64,000 nt of DNA from Eledone cirrhosa (taxonomy: Eukaryota): the NCBI GenBank assembly GCA_964016885.1, contig OZ024740.1:399900001-399964000 (forward strand). Reading direction: 5' to 3'. Shown here in pieces: positions 63,794 through 64,000 of the stretch (its first letter is position 1; every line of letters begins with the position of its first letter). The translations under genes were made by a program, and so were the position numbers. Below the pieces are notes generated by a model that did no database searches, was not told where the DNA came from, and saw nothing but the letters and a program-made list of their open reading frames with translations.

Positions 63794-64000
63794 ATACATA
63801 AACAAGATAAAATGATAATATCGCCTTTGGGTATTCTTCTCGGCAATAGAAATATTCTTACTGGTCGTAATTGTATAACTGATAGCTGCAAATGAAACGC
63901 TGGCTTTTGTGGCCAGCCGACAATAAATCTACGTTAGATATGTTTGAAATCATGGAATACACTACTGCAACATAACAACTAATCAAAACACTCCTGCCAG

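Overview
This is AT-rich, microsatellite-dense metazoan DNA. The SINE family and the (TA)n/(ATCT)n/(TATG)n load suggest a cephalopod such as octopus (inference). No host protein-coding exon could be supported. 1-34 kb is a mosaic of tRNA-derived SINEs, RTE and R4/Dong-like LINE fragments, and Penelope-like element (PLE) remnants; the PLE remnants carry hammerhead-ribozyme cores and short fold-back duplications. 34.4-63.6 kb is a head-to-tail array of six diverged Tx1-clade non-LTR retrotransposons (A-F), all on the + strand and each followed by ATCT repeats. A has both ORFs intact; B, D and F are full-length but damaged; C and E are 5'-truncated. Main observation: in all four full-length copies a splice donor (GT[A/G][A/G]GT) overlaps the ORF1 stop, and in all six copies the ORF2 stop TAG doubles as a splice acceptor. 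Joining the two sites removes ORF2 exactly and recreates an ORF1 stop codon right after the junction, with a compensating phase change in copy A. ORF2 therefore looks like a precisely excisable intron, giving an ORF1-only mRNA. Covarying 5'UTR and 3'UTR hairpins, templated junction patches and mosaic ORF1s are also visible.
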